Shown piece after piece: positions 37,734 through 46,356 of a DNA stretch of 64,000 bases (position 1 is the first letter of the stretch; each line of letters starts with the position of its first letter). The stretch spans positions 13,325 to 77,324 of the forward strand of contig CAISIU010000033.1 in NCBI GenBank assembly GCA_903885505.1. Direction: 5' to 3'. The notes beneath the pieces are model-generated. The model did not search any database. It had not been told where the DNA came from and saw nothing but the letters and a program-made list of their open reading frames with translations. Source of the DNA: an uncultured Actinomycetes bacterium (GTDB lineage: Bacteria; Actinomycetota; Acidimicrobiia; Acidimicrobiales; RAAP-2). The position numbers and the translations under genes were made by a program.

Positions 37734-38357
37734 ATGCTTCCTTCCTGGTTCGCCTATGTCGCGGCGGCAATGTCCACCGTCGGTGGCTTTCTCTACATTG
37801 GCGCGACCTTGAAGGGGCAGACCAAACCCAATCGCGTGACGTGGTCGATGTGGGCCCTGGCACCCATTTTGAGTTTCTTTCTCCAAATGCAGCAGCACGT
37901 CGGCGCGCCGGCCACCACCACCTTGATGTACGGCGTAATGCCGCTTCTTGTTTTGATCGTCTCCTTTTTTGTTCCGCAGAGCGTGTGGAAGATCACCATC
38001 TGGGATTCGTTATGCGGGGTGATTGCTCTCGTGGGAATTGGTATTTGGTACTTCACCTCACACCCCCTCGTGGCCCTGGTGGCCGAAATCATCGCCGACG
38101 TCGTGGCGGGACTCCCGACCTTGTGGAAGTCGTGGCGCCATCCCGAGAGCGAAATCTGGGTGTCGTACCTCGTGGGTGGATCGAGTGCGGTCCTCACCAT
38201 CCTGGCCATTCACCACTTCACCGTGTCGGCGTGGCTTTTCCCCGCCGCCATTGTGGCCATGAATTTCCTCATTGTGGCGGGCGTGGTTCGAGGGAATCGT
38301 CGGGCCACCGCGTCTCACACTCCGGCGACTGCCGCCGAGAAACTCCGCCGCGGGTAA
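37734..38357 (+). CDS. Hypothetical integral membrane protein (about 6 TM)
   Basis: 207 aa from ATG 37734, strongly hydrophobic periodicity. The upstream 72 codons of the track ORF are antisense to the thioesterase gene. No family recognised. Confidence 0.5.
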   Translation: MLPSWFAYVAAAMSTVGGFLYIGATLKGQTKPNRVTWSMWALAPILSFFLQMQQHVGAPATTTLMYGVMPLLVLIVSFFVPQSVWKITIWDSLCGVIALVGIGIWYFTSHPLVALVAEIIADVVAGLPTLWKSWRHPESEIWVSYLVGGSSAVLTILAIHHFTVSAWLFPAAIVAMNFLIVAGVVRGNRRATASHTPATAAEKLRRG

Positions 38358-38411
38358 GAGGCACCGCCGACTAGCGACACCGCCATCACGCGGTAGTAAT
38401 CTGTGAACGTC

Positions 38412-38484
38412 GGGGATGTAGCTCAGTTGGTAGAGCGCGGGCTTTGCAAGCCTGAGGTCGAGGGTTCGAACCCCTTCGTCTCCA
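38412..38484 (+). tRNA. tRNA-Ala (anticodon UGC), CCA not encoded
   Basis: GGGGATG-TA-GCTC-AGTTGGTA-GAGC-G-CGGGC-TTTGCAA-GCCTG-AGGTC-GAGGG-TTCGAAC-CCCTT-CGTCTCC-A. The G3:U70 alanine identity pair is present. Confidence 0.92.
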
Positions 38485-38626
38485 CAGCGAGATGTCGTCG
38501 GATCCCATTAACGGGCTGACGTGAATTCGTCTGACGATGCGATAACGACGATTTTTCCGTCTCGACATCACGGTCCCGGACCACTCCCTGTGCTCTCGGA
38601 CTCACACGAGGGATTTGTTGCCCTGT

Positions 38627-39160
38627 TTATCGGTCAACTCGCGCGCCGTTTGACCCACTCAGCAAGAATTCGATAATCACGCGAGCGCGTGCGGGCGCCG
38701 GATCTTCAGGAAAGTATTCGTCGTAGAGGGCGAAAGCTTCATCCGCAGTGGTGATCTGGCAACGCTCCAAGAGCAAGGTGATGTCTGGTTCGTCTCGGCG
38801 ACCGCGACTCGCGCGAATCTTCATTGCCAGCATCGTGCGGTCGTCAGCAGCCAACACGTCAAGTGTTCCGAAAGTAAAAAGTGGCCGCCACTCGGGTGAC
38901 CTAAAAACGGGAATGAATCCACGAGCGGCGGCGTTGAGCCAATCTGCGGGTAATCCTCGATCACGAGCCACGTCACGGGCTACGTCGATGACTTCATCGT
39001 GAGGATAAAAATCACCATCGATATCGGCGGTGGCATCTCGTGAATCGTGAGCGAGAACCATCACGGCTCCCCCCACGACGTAGAGACGGGCCTGAATCCC
39101 TCGTTGCGCCAGCTGGTGGCCGAGGTCAGTGAGCGCGTTGATGAGATCGCCTCGCGTCAT
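38627..39160 (-). CDS. Nucleotidyltransferase-fold protein (AbiEii/DUF6036-like putative toxin)
   Basis: 177 aa. Minimal NTase motif VGGAVMVLAHDSRDATADIDGDF (GG, 14 residues, DxD) and C-terminal MLAMKIRASRGRRDEPDITLLL helix. Its ATG overlaps the upstream HTH gene stop (TAATG). Confidence 0.55.
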   Translation of the reverse strand: MTRGDLINALTDLGHQLAQRGIQARLYVVGGAVMVLAHDSRDATADIDGDFYPHDEVIDVARDVARDRGLPADWLNAAARGFIPVFRSPEWRPLFTFGTLDVLAADDRTMLAMKIRASRGRRDEPDITLLLERCQITTADEAFALYDEYFPEDPAPARARVIIEFLLSGSNGARVDR

Positions 39161-39768
39161 TAGACGCTGGCCAGTTCATCGGCGGCAGCGATGACGCCAT
39201 GGCGAATGAAGGCTGTCGGTGCCGTCTCGAATTCCCACTGATGAAGAGCGGGAATTTTCGAGAGGAACCAGAATGGTTTGACAAATCGCTGTGCATCATT
39301 AACCCATCGCGGTGGCGCCACGTCTCGTCGAGCGCATTCTTCTTCGACGACGGCCGCCACACACGCATCCCAGCGGGTGTCACCAATCAACGATGGTGGA
39401 CTACTAACGAGGCTGATGAGTTCTTGGGGTGATGCTCGCCGAATGACATCACGAAAACTCAGTACGCGGCGTAAAATTGAATCTTCCAGAGCATCTCCGG
39501 TTTCACCGCGGCGAATGAGGTGGCGAATTGCGTCAGACGTTGCGACGCCGGAAAAGGGGGTTGCTGGCACGAGGTCAATGCGCAGAGCCTCGCCGACGGA
39601 CTCCACGATGGAGCTCAGAAGTGACAGTGATGGCTCTCGTTTACCGGACTCGATCGAGGAAATGGTGGGCTGCGGAACACCCGCCAGCTGAGCAAGGTCG
39701 CGTTGGGTGAGATGGTGCCGTTCCCGCAGCGATCTAATGATTTCAGCTGATACCTGTCGACCATCCAC
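39160..39768 (-). CDS. XRE-family helix-turn-helix protein with C-terminal domain of unknown function (putative antitoxin/regulator)
   Basis: HTH_XRE pattern LRERHHLTQRDLAQLAGVPQPTISSIESGKREPSLSLL, followed by an unassigned C-domain of about 130 aa. GTG start. Confidence 0.75.
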   Translation of the reverse strand: MDGRQVSAEIIRSLRERHHLTQRDLAQLAGVPQPTISSIESGKREPSLSLLSSIVESVGEALRIDLVPATPFSGVATSDAIRHLIRRGETGDALEDSILRRVLSFRDVIRRASPQELISLVSSPPSLIGDTRWDACVAAVVEEECARRDVAPPRWVNDAQRFVKPFWFLSKIPALHQWEFETAPTAFIRHGVIAAADELASV

Positions 39769-39777
39769 AAGTGAAAT

Positions 39778-39798
39778 ATATCAAATCTGATATCAAAT
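39778..39798. promoter_or_regulatory. Tandem direct repeat, candidate operator in the XRE / kinase divergent spacer
   Basis: ATATCAAAT-CTG-ATATCAAAT (39778-39786 and 39790-39798), beginning 10 nt from the XRE GTG. TGATACCT also occurs twice (about 39749 and 39799). Confidence 0.35.
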
Positions 39799-39864
39799 GA
39801 TACCTCACCTCAACGCACCTCTCTGCCCGAGACGGCGAGATGCACCGGCCCAAGGAGTAGGAAG

Positions 39865-40830
39865 ATGACCAAGTTCAACGAACTATCCGCTGATGAACAA
39901 ATGAAAAGTCTGACCACGGTGGCGCAACGCATCCTGGGGCACTACGAACTCAACATCATTGATCTCACGGTCATCAACCACGGATTCAACACGACCTTTT
40001 CTGTTCACACCCCCGACCAGCGATTCGCTCTTCGTCTTAATGTGAATTCACGACGCGAGGTGGCGAACGTCGAGGCGGAAATCGAGTGGATGTCACACCT
40101 GTCCGACCGGGGAGTGGTGAGTCTTCCTCGTGTCGTCCCTACCTCCCAGGGTGAGACGTACGTCGTTGACGAGGGCATCGAACGGGGACGAGCCATTGTG
40201 GCAGTTCTTTTCACCTGGCTTGACGGGACCATCGTCGCTCAGCTGGACGATGCCACCGATGCCCTGCGAGCCGCGGGTGCGGCGATGGCTCGCCTCCACC
40301 TCGACGCCGCCAACTTTGAGATGCCCGCGGGAGCGCGACTACCTCGCCGAGATGACATGTGGTGGGGGTTTCCCAATGTTCTGACGGGCTCCACGGGTGT
40401 TTTGGCTAGTGGCGACCATGAACTTGTTGAACGCTGTCACGCGGTCATTCAATCCACCGTGGCCGATCTCTATCGCCGTGAACCCATTCACATCATCCAC
40501 GCGGATCTTCATGGCGGAAACCTCATGTGGAATAACGGTGAGCTATCACTCTTTGACTTTGATGACTGCGCCATCGGCACTCCCACACAAGACCTGGCGG
40601 CTTCGCTCTTCTATCTGCGAGATCCCGCACATCGGGTGACGTTGATGCAGGGCTATCGAACCGTCGCCGAACTTCCCTTCGGAAGTGAGCGAGAGCTCAG
40701 TACTCTCGTGTTGCAACGCCAGCTCATTTTGCTGAACTACTTTGCGGGGACCGAAAACCCCGAACATCGCGGAATATTTGAGGGTTTTCTTCAGCACACT
40801 CGAACGGCCATGGAGGATTTTCTTCCTTGA
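39865..40830 (+). CDS. APH/ChoK-family phosphotransferase (kinase-like fold)
   Basis: Catalytic loop IIHADLHGGNLMWNNG (HxDxxxxN) and metal-binding SLFDFDDC. AAGGAG RBS. Substrate cannot be inferred. Confidence 0.75.
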   Translation: MTKFNELSADEQMKSLTTVAQRILGHYELNIIDLTVINHGFNTTFSVHTPDQRFALRLNVNSRREVANVEAEIEWMSHLSDRGVVSLPRVVPTSQGETYVVDEGIERGRAIVAVLFTWLDGTIVAQLDDATDALRAAGAAMARLHLDAANFEMPAGARLPRRDDMWWGFPNVLTGSTGVLASGDHELVERCHAVIQSTVADLYRREPIHIIHADLHGGNLMWNNGELSLFDFDDCAIGTPTQDLAASLFYLRDPAHRVTLMQGYRTVAELPFGSERELSTLVLQRQLILLNYFAGTENPEHRGIFEGFLQHTRTAMEDFLP

Positions 40831-40860
40831 CGAAGGTTGAGTCGATGACCGCGTCACTTT

Positions 40861-41280
40861 TCAATGAGTTGTAAGGCCCGGCTGAATAGCAGTGAGTCCC
40901 GCTCGCTCAGCTGCAAGGTTTAATCGCTGGTCATAGCTGGCTAACACGAATTCGGAAGAGTTAGTCAGTGACGCCACCACCAGAGCGGTGGCGAGATGAA
41001 TCGCGTCAAGTGACCGAAGCTCCGCATCAGGGAGAGAACCTGCTCGTTCCAATATGTGGTGAGACATGGCTACTTGATTGACGGATTGCAAGACCTCTGT
41101 CACCGAGCCGTTCAGAGCGTGATCAATTCGCCTCACTGCTCGATGTAGTTCGACGTGGATCAAAGATGACGAGACCAGAGTGGCTTTCGGATGCAGCATC
41201 AACCACTCGCGCAATGAAGAACTATGGGCCTCGTCAGATACCAATTTGATGGCAGCCGAGGAGTCGAGATAAATCAACAC
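40861..41280 (-). CDS. vapC: PIN-domain ribonuclease toxin VapC
   Basis: MLIYLDSSAAIKL (first acidic residue), HVELHRA and LRSLDAIHLATAL (third acidic residue). Confidence 0.8.
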   Translation of the reverse strand: MLIYLDSSAAIKLVSDEAHSSSLREWLMLHPKATLVSSSLIHVELHRAVRRIDHALNGSVTEVLQSVNQVAMSHHILERAGSLPDAELRSLDAIHLATALVVASLTNSSEFVLASYDQRLNLAAERAGLTAIQPGLTTH

Positions 41281-41282
41281 GA

Positions 41283-41558
41283 TTACGGACGATCGAATCC
41301 ATAGCGGTCATCGAGAATGATGCCGAGGCCAAGGTTTCCCGATGCGTTGGCGACACCGTCAGGGAGGTCGAGTACACCGCTAGATGCCAGCACTACCTCG
41401 TGTGATGCCATTAATTGGTAGAGGGGGTGAAGCTCGAGTGGTTCTATCGTTGCGATCTTCCTGCCATTACGAGTGATGTCCAAGCGTTCACCACGTTCGA
41501 CACGTGCCACCACCTCTGCCGTGTGTTGATTTAGTTCGCGAAGGGAAATTGATGCCAT
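41283..41558 (-). CDS. Phd/YefM-type antitoxin
   Basis: MASISLRELNQHTAEVVARVERGERLDITRNGRKIATIEPL is the Phd/YefM N-domain. Lies 2 nt upstream of vapC. Confidence 0.75.
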   Translation of the reverse strand: MASISLRELNQHTAEVVARVERGERLDITRNGRKIATIEPLELHPLYQLMASHEVVLASSGVLDLPDGVANASGNLGLGIILDDRYGFDRP

Positions 41559-41621
41559 GGAGACATTGTACTACAAAAAATACTACCTTTGTCAACGGGT
41601 CGAATTGCCTAGATTTATGAG

Positions 41622-42845
41622 ATGAACGCTCGCGATTGGCTGGGAGCACTTCGCGAACGAAACTTCACGCTGTACTTCATCGGTCAGACGACCTCGGGAA
41701 TCGGTAGCGGGATGGCTCCCGTCGCAATCACCTTCGCGGTGCTGGAACACGGCACGACGACGGACGTGGGATTGGTGTCGGCCGCCGGCATGTTGCCATT
41801 GGTCGTCTTTCTTCTCATCGGGGGCGTCTTCGCTGACCGATTTAGTCGCCGAGTCGTGATGCTCGGCTCAGACCTCATTCGCACCGTGGCCGAACTGACC
41901 TTGGGTATCTGGATCATGGTGAGTCCGCCGCCGCTGTGGGGATTCATGGCGCTGGCTGCGGTGGTGGGTTTTGGCTCAGCGTTCTTCGCCCCGGCGTCCA
42001 CGGGTCTGGTTCCCAGCGTTATCTCCCCCGCCAACTTGCAGCAGGCCAATGCCCTGAACACGCTTTCGGCCTCGATGTCGGGGATCATCGGTCCCGCCGC
42101 CGCGGGCATCATTGTCGCCGCGGCAAATCCTGGTTGGGCAGTATTCATTGACGGCCTGACGTATTTGGTCTCCGTGGTGTCGCTGTGGATGATCAACATT
42201 GAGTGGAGTGGGGCTTTGTCCACCACGTCTATGTGGCACGAACTACGTGAAGGCTGGCGAGAGTTTTGGTCGCGCACCTGGCTATGGGTCATCGTGGTCG
42301 AGTTTTCGGTGGTGAATATTTTGATTTTCGCGCCCATGATGGTGATGGGTCCCGGTATTGCCAAGGACTCCCTAGGCGGGGCCGCCGTGTGGGGTTTGGT
42401 CTTGGCGATCGAGGGTGCGGGCGCGGTGACCGGTGGCATCGTGATGCTGAAGTGGAAGCCGTCTCGACCACTCCTGGTGGCCACGGCCTCCACTTTGGTG
42501 TGGGTGTTGCCACTTATTGGTCTCGCGACCGTGGCGCCGGTGTGGGTGATTGCCTCAGGCGCATTTGCCGGTGGGGCGATGATGTCCATTTTCGGCACCA
42601 TTTGGAATACCACGATGCAGCGCGAAATCCCGAGCGACATCTTGTCGCGGGTCAGCGCGTATGACTGGTTTGGCTCGTTGGTGTTTCTGCCCGTGGGTCT
42701 GGCCGTGGTGGGACCCATACAGCACGCCCTCGGTACCAGAACATGCATCGTTGGATGCATCGTTCTCATCGTGGTCATGGTGGGCGGCGCGCTCTGCGTA
42801 CCCTCCATTCAGTCGATGCGCGCACCCACTGACACCGCGGCCTAG
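41622..42845 (+). CDS. MFS transporter (EntS/DUF894-like)
   Basis: 12 predicted TMs. N-terminal RNFTLYFIGQTTSGIGSGM and GGVFADRFSRR loop 2-3 motif. Confidence 0.8.
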   Translation: MNARDWLGALRERNFTLYFIGQTTSGIGSGMAPVAITFAVLEHGTTTDVGLVSAAGMLPLVVFLLIGGVFADRFSRRVVMLGSDLIRTVAELTLGIWIMVSPPPLWGFMALAAVVGFGSAFFAPASTGLVPSVISPANLQQANALNTLSASMSGIIGPAAAGIIVAAANPGWAVFIDGLTYLVSVVSLWMINIEWSGALSTTSMWHELREGWREFWSRTWLWVIVVEFSVVNILIFAPMMVMGPGIAKDSLGGAAVWGLVLAIEGAGAVTGGIVMLKWKPSRPLLVATASTLVWVLPLIGLATVAPVWVIASGAFAGGAMMSIFGTIWNTTMQREIPSDILSRVSAYDWFGSLVFLPVGLAVVGPIQHALGTRTCIVGCIVLIVVMVGGALCVPSIQSMRAPTDTAA

Positions 42846-43820
42846 TTACAGCTCGAGGTCTTCTGACTTCGCCAATTCGTCGGCCGCACGGTCGACGTCA
42901 GCAATCTCTTCGTCGGTTGCGCCCAAACGCTTCTCGATGTCCTTCAAGCGTGCGGCCATTTCCTCGAACCTCTCAATCAGTAAGAGGTGATTGGACTGCA
43001 GTGAGGTGGTCACATCGTCTGTGTGATCCTTCACGAAAGCTGACGCCACGGTGGCTGTCAAGGTTCCGATGAGGCCGATTCCCATCACCATCATGAAACC
43101 CGCGACAACTTGACCCGCACCCGACATGGGGAAATGGTCGCCGTATCCGACAGTGGTGACGGTCACGACCGCCCACCACAGCGCCGTTCCGAAGGAGTGG
43201 ATGTTGCTGGCGGGCAGGTGACGTTCGCTGAGATCGATCACCCACGCCCCCATGACCAACACGACTCCCGAGGCCAGGAAGACCCGAACGAGCGAATGGT
43301 GCAACAAGACTCCACGAATACGAATGGCGGCCGTTTCTATTGCCACCACGGCTTTGTCGATGCCGACGACGTGAGTGAGAAGTAGTGGCGGGGCGATGAG
43401 CGCCACCGGCTCTAGCCACCGCTGGCGAAGGTAGGTCGTGCGGTGGGACGCCAGGGTGATGCGAACGACATATTCACCCGCTATTCCCGCCCACACAATG
43501 AAAAAAGCGACTCTCACCGAAGACCCACCCGCGGAGGTGGTGAGTGAAATGAGAAGAGCCAGCCACGCCACGCCTCCGAGTGCGAGGGGGTACCGAGTCG
43601 CTGACTCCAGGCGATGAACCAGGGACTCGCGAGGAGAGCTCGCGGCGGGCGCGGTGTGTGAGTGGACATGTCGCGCGAGGCGCTGACGTTCGATGTCGGC
43701 GAGTCGCTCCAGGCGACGCAAGGTGGGTGAACTTGACGTGGGACTAGTCATGTCGCTGACGGTATCGCAGCACGGTGACAGCACGACGGCTTTACCCTGC
43801 TGATGTTGTTGATTATTCAA
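42846..43820 (-). CDS. Potassium channel (6-TM ion-transport family)
   Basis: Selectivity filter VTVTTVGYGDHFP. Arg-rich S4-like helix. Acidic coiled-coil C-tail. The start may be ATG 43751. Confidence 0.8.
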   Translation of the reverse strand: MNNQQHQQGKAVVLSPCCDTVSDMTSPTSSSPTLRRLERLADIERQRLARHVHSHTAPAASSPRESLVHRLESATRYPLALGGVAWLALLISLTTSAGGSSVRVAFFIVWAGIAGEYVVRITLASHRTTYLRQRWLEPVALIAPPLLLTHVVGIDKAVVAIETAAIRIRGVLLHHSLVRVFLASGVVLVMGAWVIDLSERHLPASNIHSFGTALWWAVVTVTTVGYGDHFPMSGAGQVVAGFMMVMGIGLIGTLTATVASAFVKDHTDDVTTSLQSNHLLLIERFEEMAARLKDIEKRLGATDEEIADVDRAADELAKSEDLEL

Positions 43821-43851
43821 CTAAATGCTAAGATGACGTCAAAGGAGATTC

Positions 43852-44628
43852 ATGACTATTCCCGCCGCATTCATTGGACATGGCAGCCCCATGAACACTC
43901 TTGAGACCAACACCTACACCGAGCAATGGCGTCGCTTTGGTGAATCCATCTCGACACCGCGCGCCATTGTCGCCATTTCCGCACACTGGTACATCAACGC
44001 CACGGCCGTCACCACGATGGCCATTCCTCGCACCATTCACGACTTCTACGGCTTCCCTCAAGAGTTGTCGGAATTTGACTATCCGGCGGTCGGAGCCCCC
44101 GACGTCGCTCGCCACCTCATTGACATCGCGAAGCCCGTGTGGATCGGTGACGACGCTGATTCATGGGGTCTCGATCACGGCACGTGGTCAGTACTGGCGC
44201 ACGTCGCGCCCGCGGCGGACATCCCGGTGATCCAGTTGGCCATTGACGCGACCAAACCGCTGGAATACCACTACGACCTTGGTGCGCGTCTCGCCCCGTT
44301 GATGGATGAGGACATTTTGATTCTGGGTTCGGGAAATGTCGTGCACAACTTGCGCGCCGTGGCGTGGAGTGCCGAGAACCAGGGATACGACTGGGCTTTT
44401 CAGTTCGACGGAGATGCTCGCGACATCATCACGAGTGATCCGGGTCGCATCGGCGAACTGACATCCCATGAGGCCTACGAGCTGGCCGTACCGACGCCGG
44501 ATCACTTCTTGCCGGCGGTCTACTTCGCGGGACTCGCGGCGGCGACCGGTGGTTCAGTCTCGGTGTTCAACGAGGCCTGCACCATGGGCTCGTTGTCGAT
44601 GACCTCGTATCGACTCGACGCGGCGTAA
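43852..44628 (+). CDS. ygiD: 4,5-DOPA dioxygenase extradiol (YgiD-like, class III extradiol dioxygenase)
   Basis: PAAFIGHGSPMN, AISAHW, DHGTWSVL and LGSGNVVHNL motifs. Confidence 0.75.
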   Translation: MTIPAAFIGHGSPMNTLETNTYTEQWRRFGESISTPRAIVAISAHWYINATAVTTMAIPRTIHDFYGFPQELSEFDYPAVGAPDVARHLIDIAKPVWIGDDADSWGLDHGTWSVLAHVAPAADIPVIQLAIDATKPLEYHYDLGARLAPLMDEDILILGSGNVVHNLRAVAWSAENQGYDWAFQFDGDARDIITSDPGRIGELTSHEAYELAVPTPDHFLPAVYFAGLAAATGGSVSVFNEACTMGSLSMTSYRLDAA

Positions 44629-45603
44629 CTAGGCGAGCGAATCGCGCTTCAACCAGCCGCGTTTGCGGAAGAGGAAGAAGACCCCCGCGACAGCGGCAAT
44701 ATCGAGGCCAATTCCCACCACGAAGAACTGAAGTCCCGAGTTGTACCAATGAGCAATGGGCCAGGAGAAGTTCTGGCCAAAGAAACCGGTGAGAAAGCTC
44801 AGGGGTAGGAACAGGGTCGAGATGATGGCGAGTTGCTTCATCACCACGTTCAGTCGATTGGACACCATGGCGAGGTGAGTGTCCATGGCACCGGTGACGA
44901 GGTCGCGATAGGAGTCAACCAAGTCATTCACGCGGATGAAGTGGTCATACAAACTGCGGAAGTAGTTAGTGGAGTCCTCCGTGAGGCCCGGAATGCTGGT
45001 GACCCCCGCATTCAGGGCGGAAATCATGTCGCGCTGTGGATTGACCGCTTTGCGAATGTGCATGATGTTGCGCTTCATCTCAAACAGGGTGGATAACTGA
45101 TCTTCGGTGGGATTCTTCAAAATCGCCATCTCGAGGTCGTCAATGGCGTCGTCCATGGACGCGAGGAGGGGGAAGTAGGTGTCGACGACGGTATCCATGA
45201 TGAGAAAACTCACCACCACCGGAAACGGAGACTTGGTCGATACCGGGTGGGCCGCGATGTTCTTGATGACTTGATCCAGTGAGGTGCTGGTGCCACGGTG
45301 AAGGGTCACGACGTGACTGGGGGTGACGAAGATGTCCACTTCATCGAGTTGACCCGAGGACGTGATGCCCACGGTGATGATGTGAGTAAAACCCTCGTAA
45401 TCGTCGATGCGGGGTCGCTGGTCGCTTTCTAAGGCACTCTCGATGGCGACCGGGTGAAAGCCGAAGGTGTCGCGCAACACGTGACGAATCTGCTCCGTGC
45501 TGTCGCGCGAGGTGTCGAGTGAAACCCAACTCGGCTCTGGCAAGGTCTCCAAGTCGCTGAGCAGGTGAGTGGCACCGTCGGAAAGAATGACGATTGCGTT
45601 CAT
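44629..45603 (-). CDS. corA: CorA-family divalent cation transporter
   Basis: Cytoplasmic funnel domain plus two C-terminal TMs, with loop motif GFFGQNF in place of the canonical YGMNF. ATG 45603 (MNAIVILSDG) preferred over the track start 45678. Confidence 0.8.
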   Translation of the reverse strand: MNAIVILSDGATHLLSDLETLPEPSWVSLDTSRDSTEQIRHVLRDTFGFHPVAIESALESDQRPRIDDYEGFTHIITVGITSSGQLDEVDIFVTPSHVVTLHRGTSTSLDQVIKNIAAHPVSTKSPFPVVVSFLIMDTVVDTYFPLLASMDDAIDDLEMAILKNPTEDQLSTLFEMKRNIMHIRKAVNPQRDMISALNAGVTSIPGLTEDSTNYFRSLYDHFIRVNDLVDSYRDLVTGAMDTHLAMVSNRLNVVMKQLAIISTLFLPLSFLTGFFGQNFSWPIAHWYNSGLQFFVVGIGLDIAAVAGVFFLFRKRGWLKRDSLA

Positions 45604-45758
45604 GACATAACTACCCTTCGCGGTCGCGTATTTATCGTAACGAGGTAGAGGACGAGAACCATGTTCTTGAATCTCCACTGCTAATTTGGTCGAGGTAGCT
45701 CGGGAGTGGTGATGACGCGTCGTGCTCGATTTTTGTGTGGCACCGCGAAAGGGGACCC

Positions 45759-46355
45759 GTGGCAGATCTGAGATTCATTCACGCGACCATGTCGGCCGGA
45801 AAGTCGACGATGGCCCTGCAAATCCACTGGCAACTCGTTCAATCGGGTCGCAATGTCGAACTGTGGACCTTCGGTGACCGCTCACGTGAACCCGAGGTCA
45901 CGAGCCGTATTGGCATCGCGGCGCCCTGTTACGTGCAGCAACCGGAGGTAGACCTCACCGATCAGCTGCCACGACTGGTCGACCAACACGTGTCGGTCAT
46001 TGTGATTGACGAGGCCCAGTTTGCCTCGACCGAACAAGTCGACTGGCTGGCAACCTTGGTTGACTTACACGGCATTGACGTGTACTGCTTTGGTCTGGGC
46101 GCCGACTTCTTGCTGAACGTCTTTCCGGGTTCCGCGCGCTTGTTCGCTATTGCCGATGAAGTCTCCGAACTTCCTGTGGTCGCGTATTGCTGGTGTGGTG
46201 CGCGCGGACGCTGTAACGCGCGCGTGGTCAATGGGTCGGTGCAGCGCGCCGGTGCGCAGCGAGTGATTGGTGACGTGGACGCCGGCACCAGCACGGTGGG
46301 TTACCAGGTGCTGTGCCGACGTCACTATCACACGGGCGAACTCGGTCCTCGCTGA
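45759..46355 (+). CDS. tdk: Thymidine kinase
   Basis: P-loop TMSAGKST, VIDEAQF and zinc-ribbon Cys/His (CWCGARGRCNARV...VLCRRHY). GTG 45759 behind AAAGGGGA preferred over the track start 45735. Confidence 0.85.
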   Translation: MADLRFIHATMSAGKSTMALQIHWQLVQSGRNVELWTFGDRSREPEVTSRIGIAAPCYVQQPEVDLTDQLPRLVDQHVSVIVIDEAQFASTEQVDWLATLVDLHGIDVYCFGLGADFLLNVFPGSARLFAIADEVSELPVVAYCWCGARGRCNARVVNGSVQRAGAQRVIGDVDAGTSTVGYQVLCRRHYHTGELGPR

Positions 46356-46356
46356 C

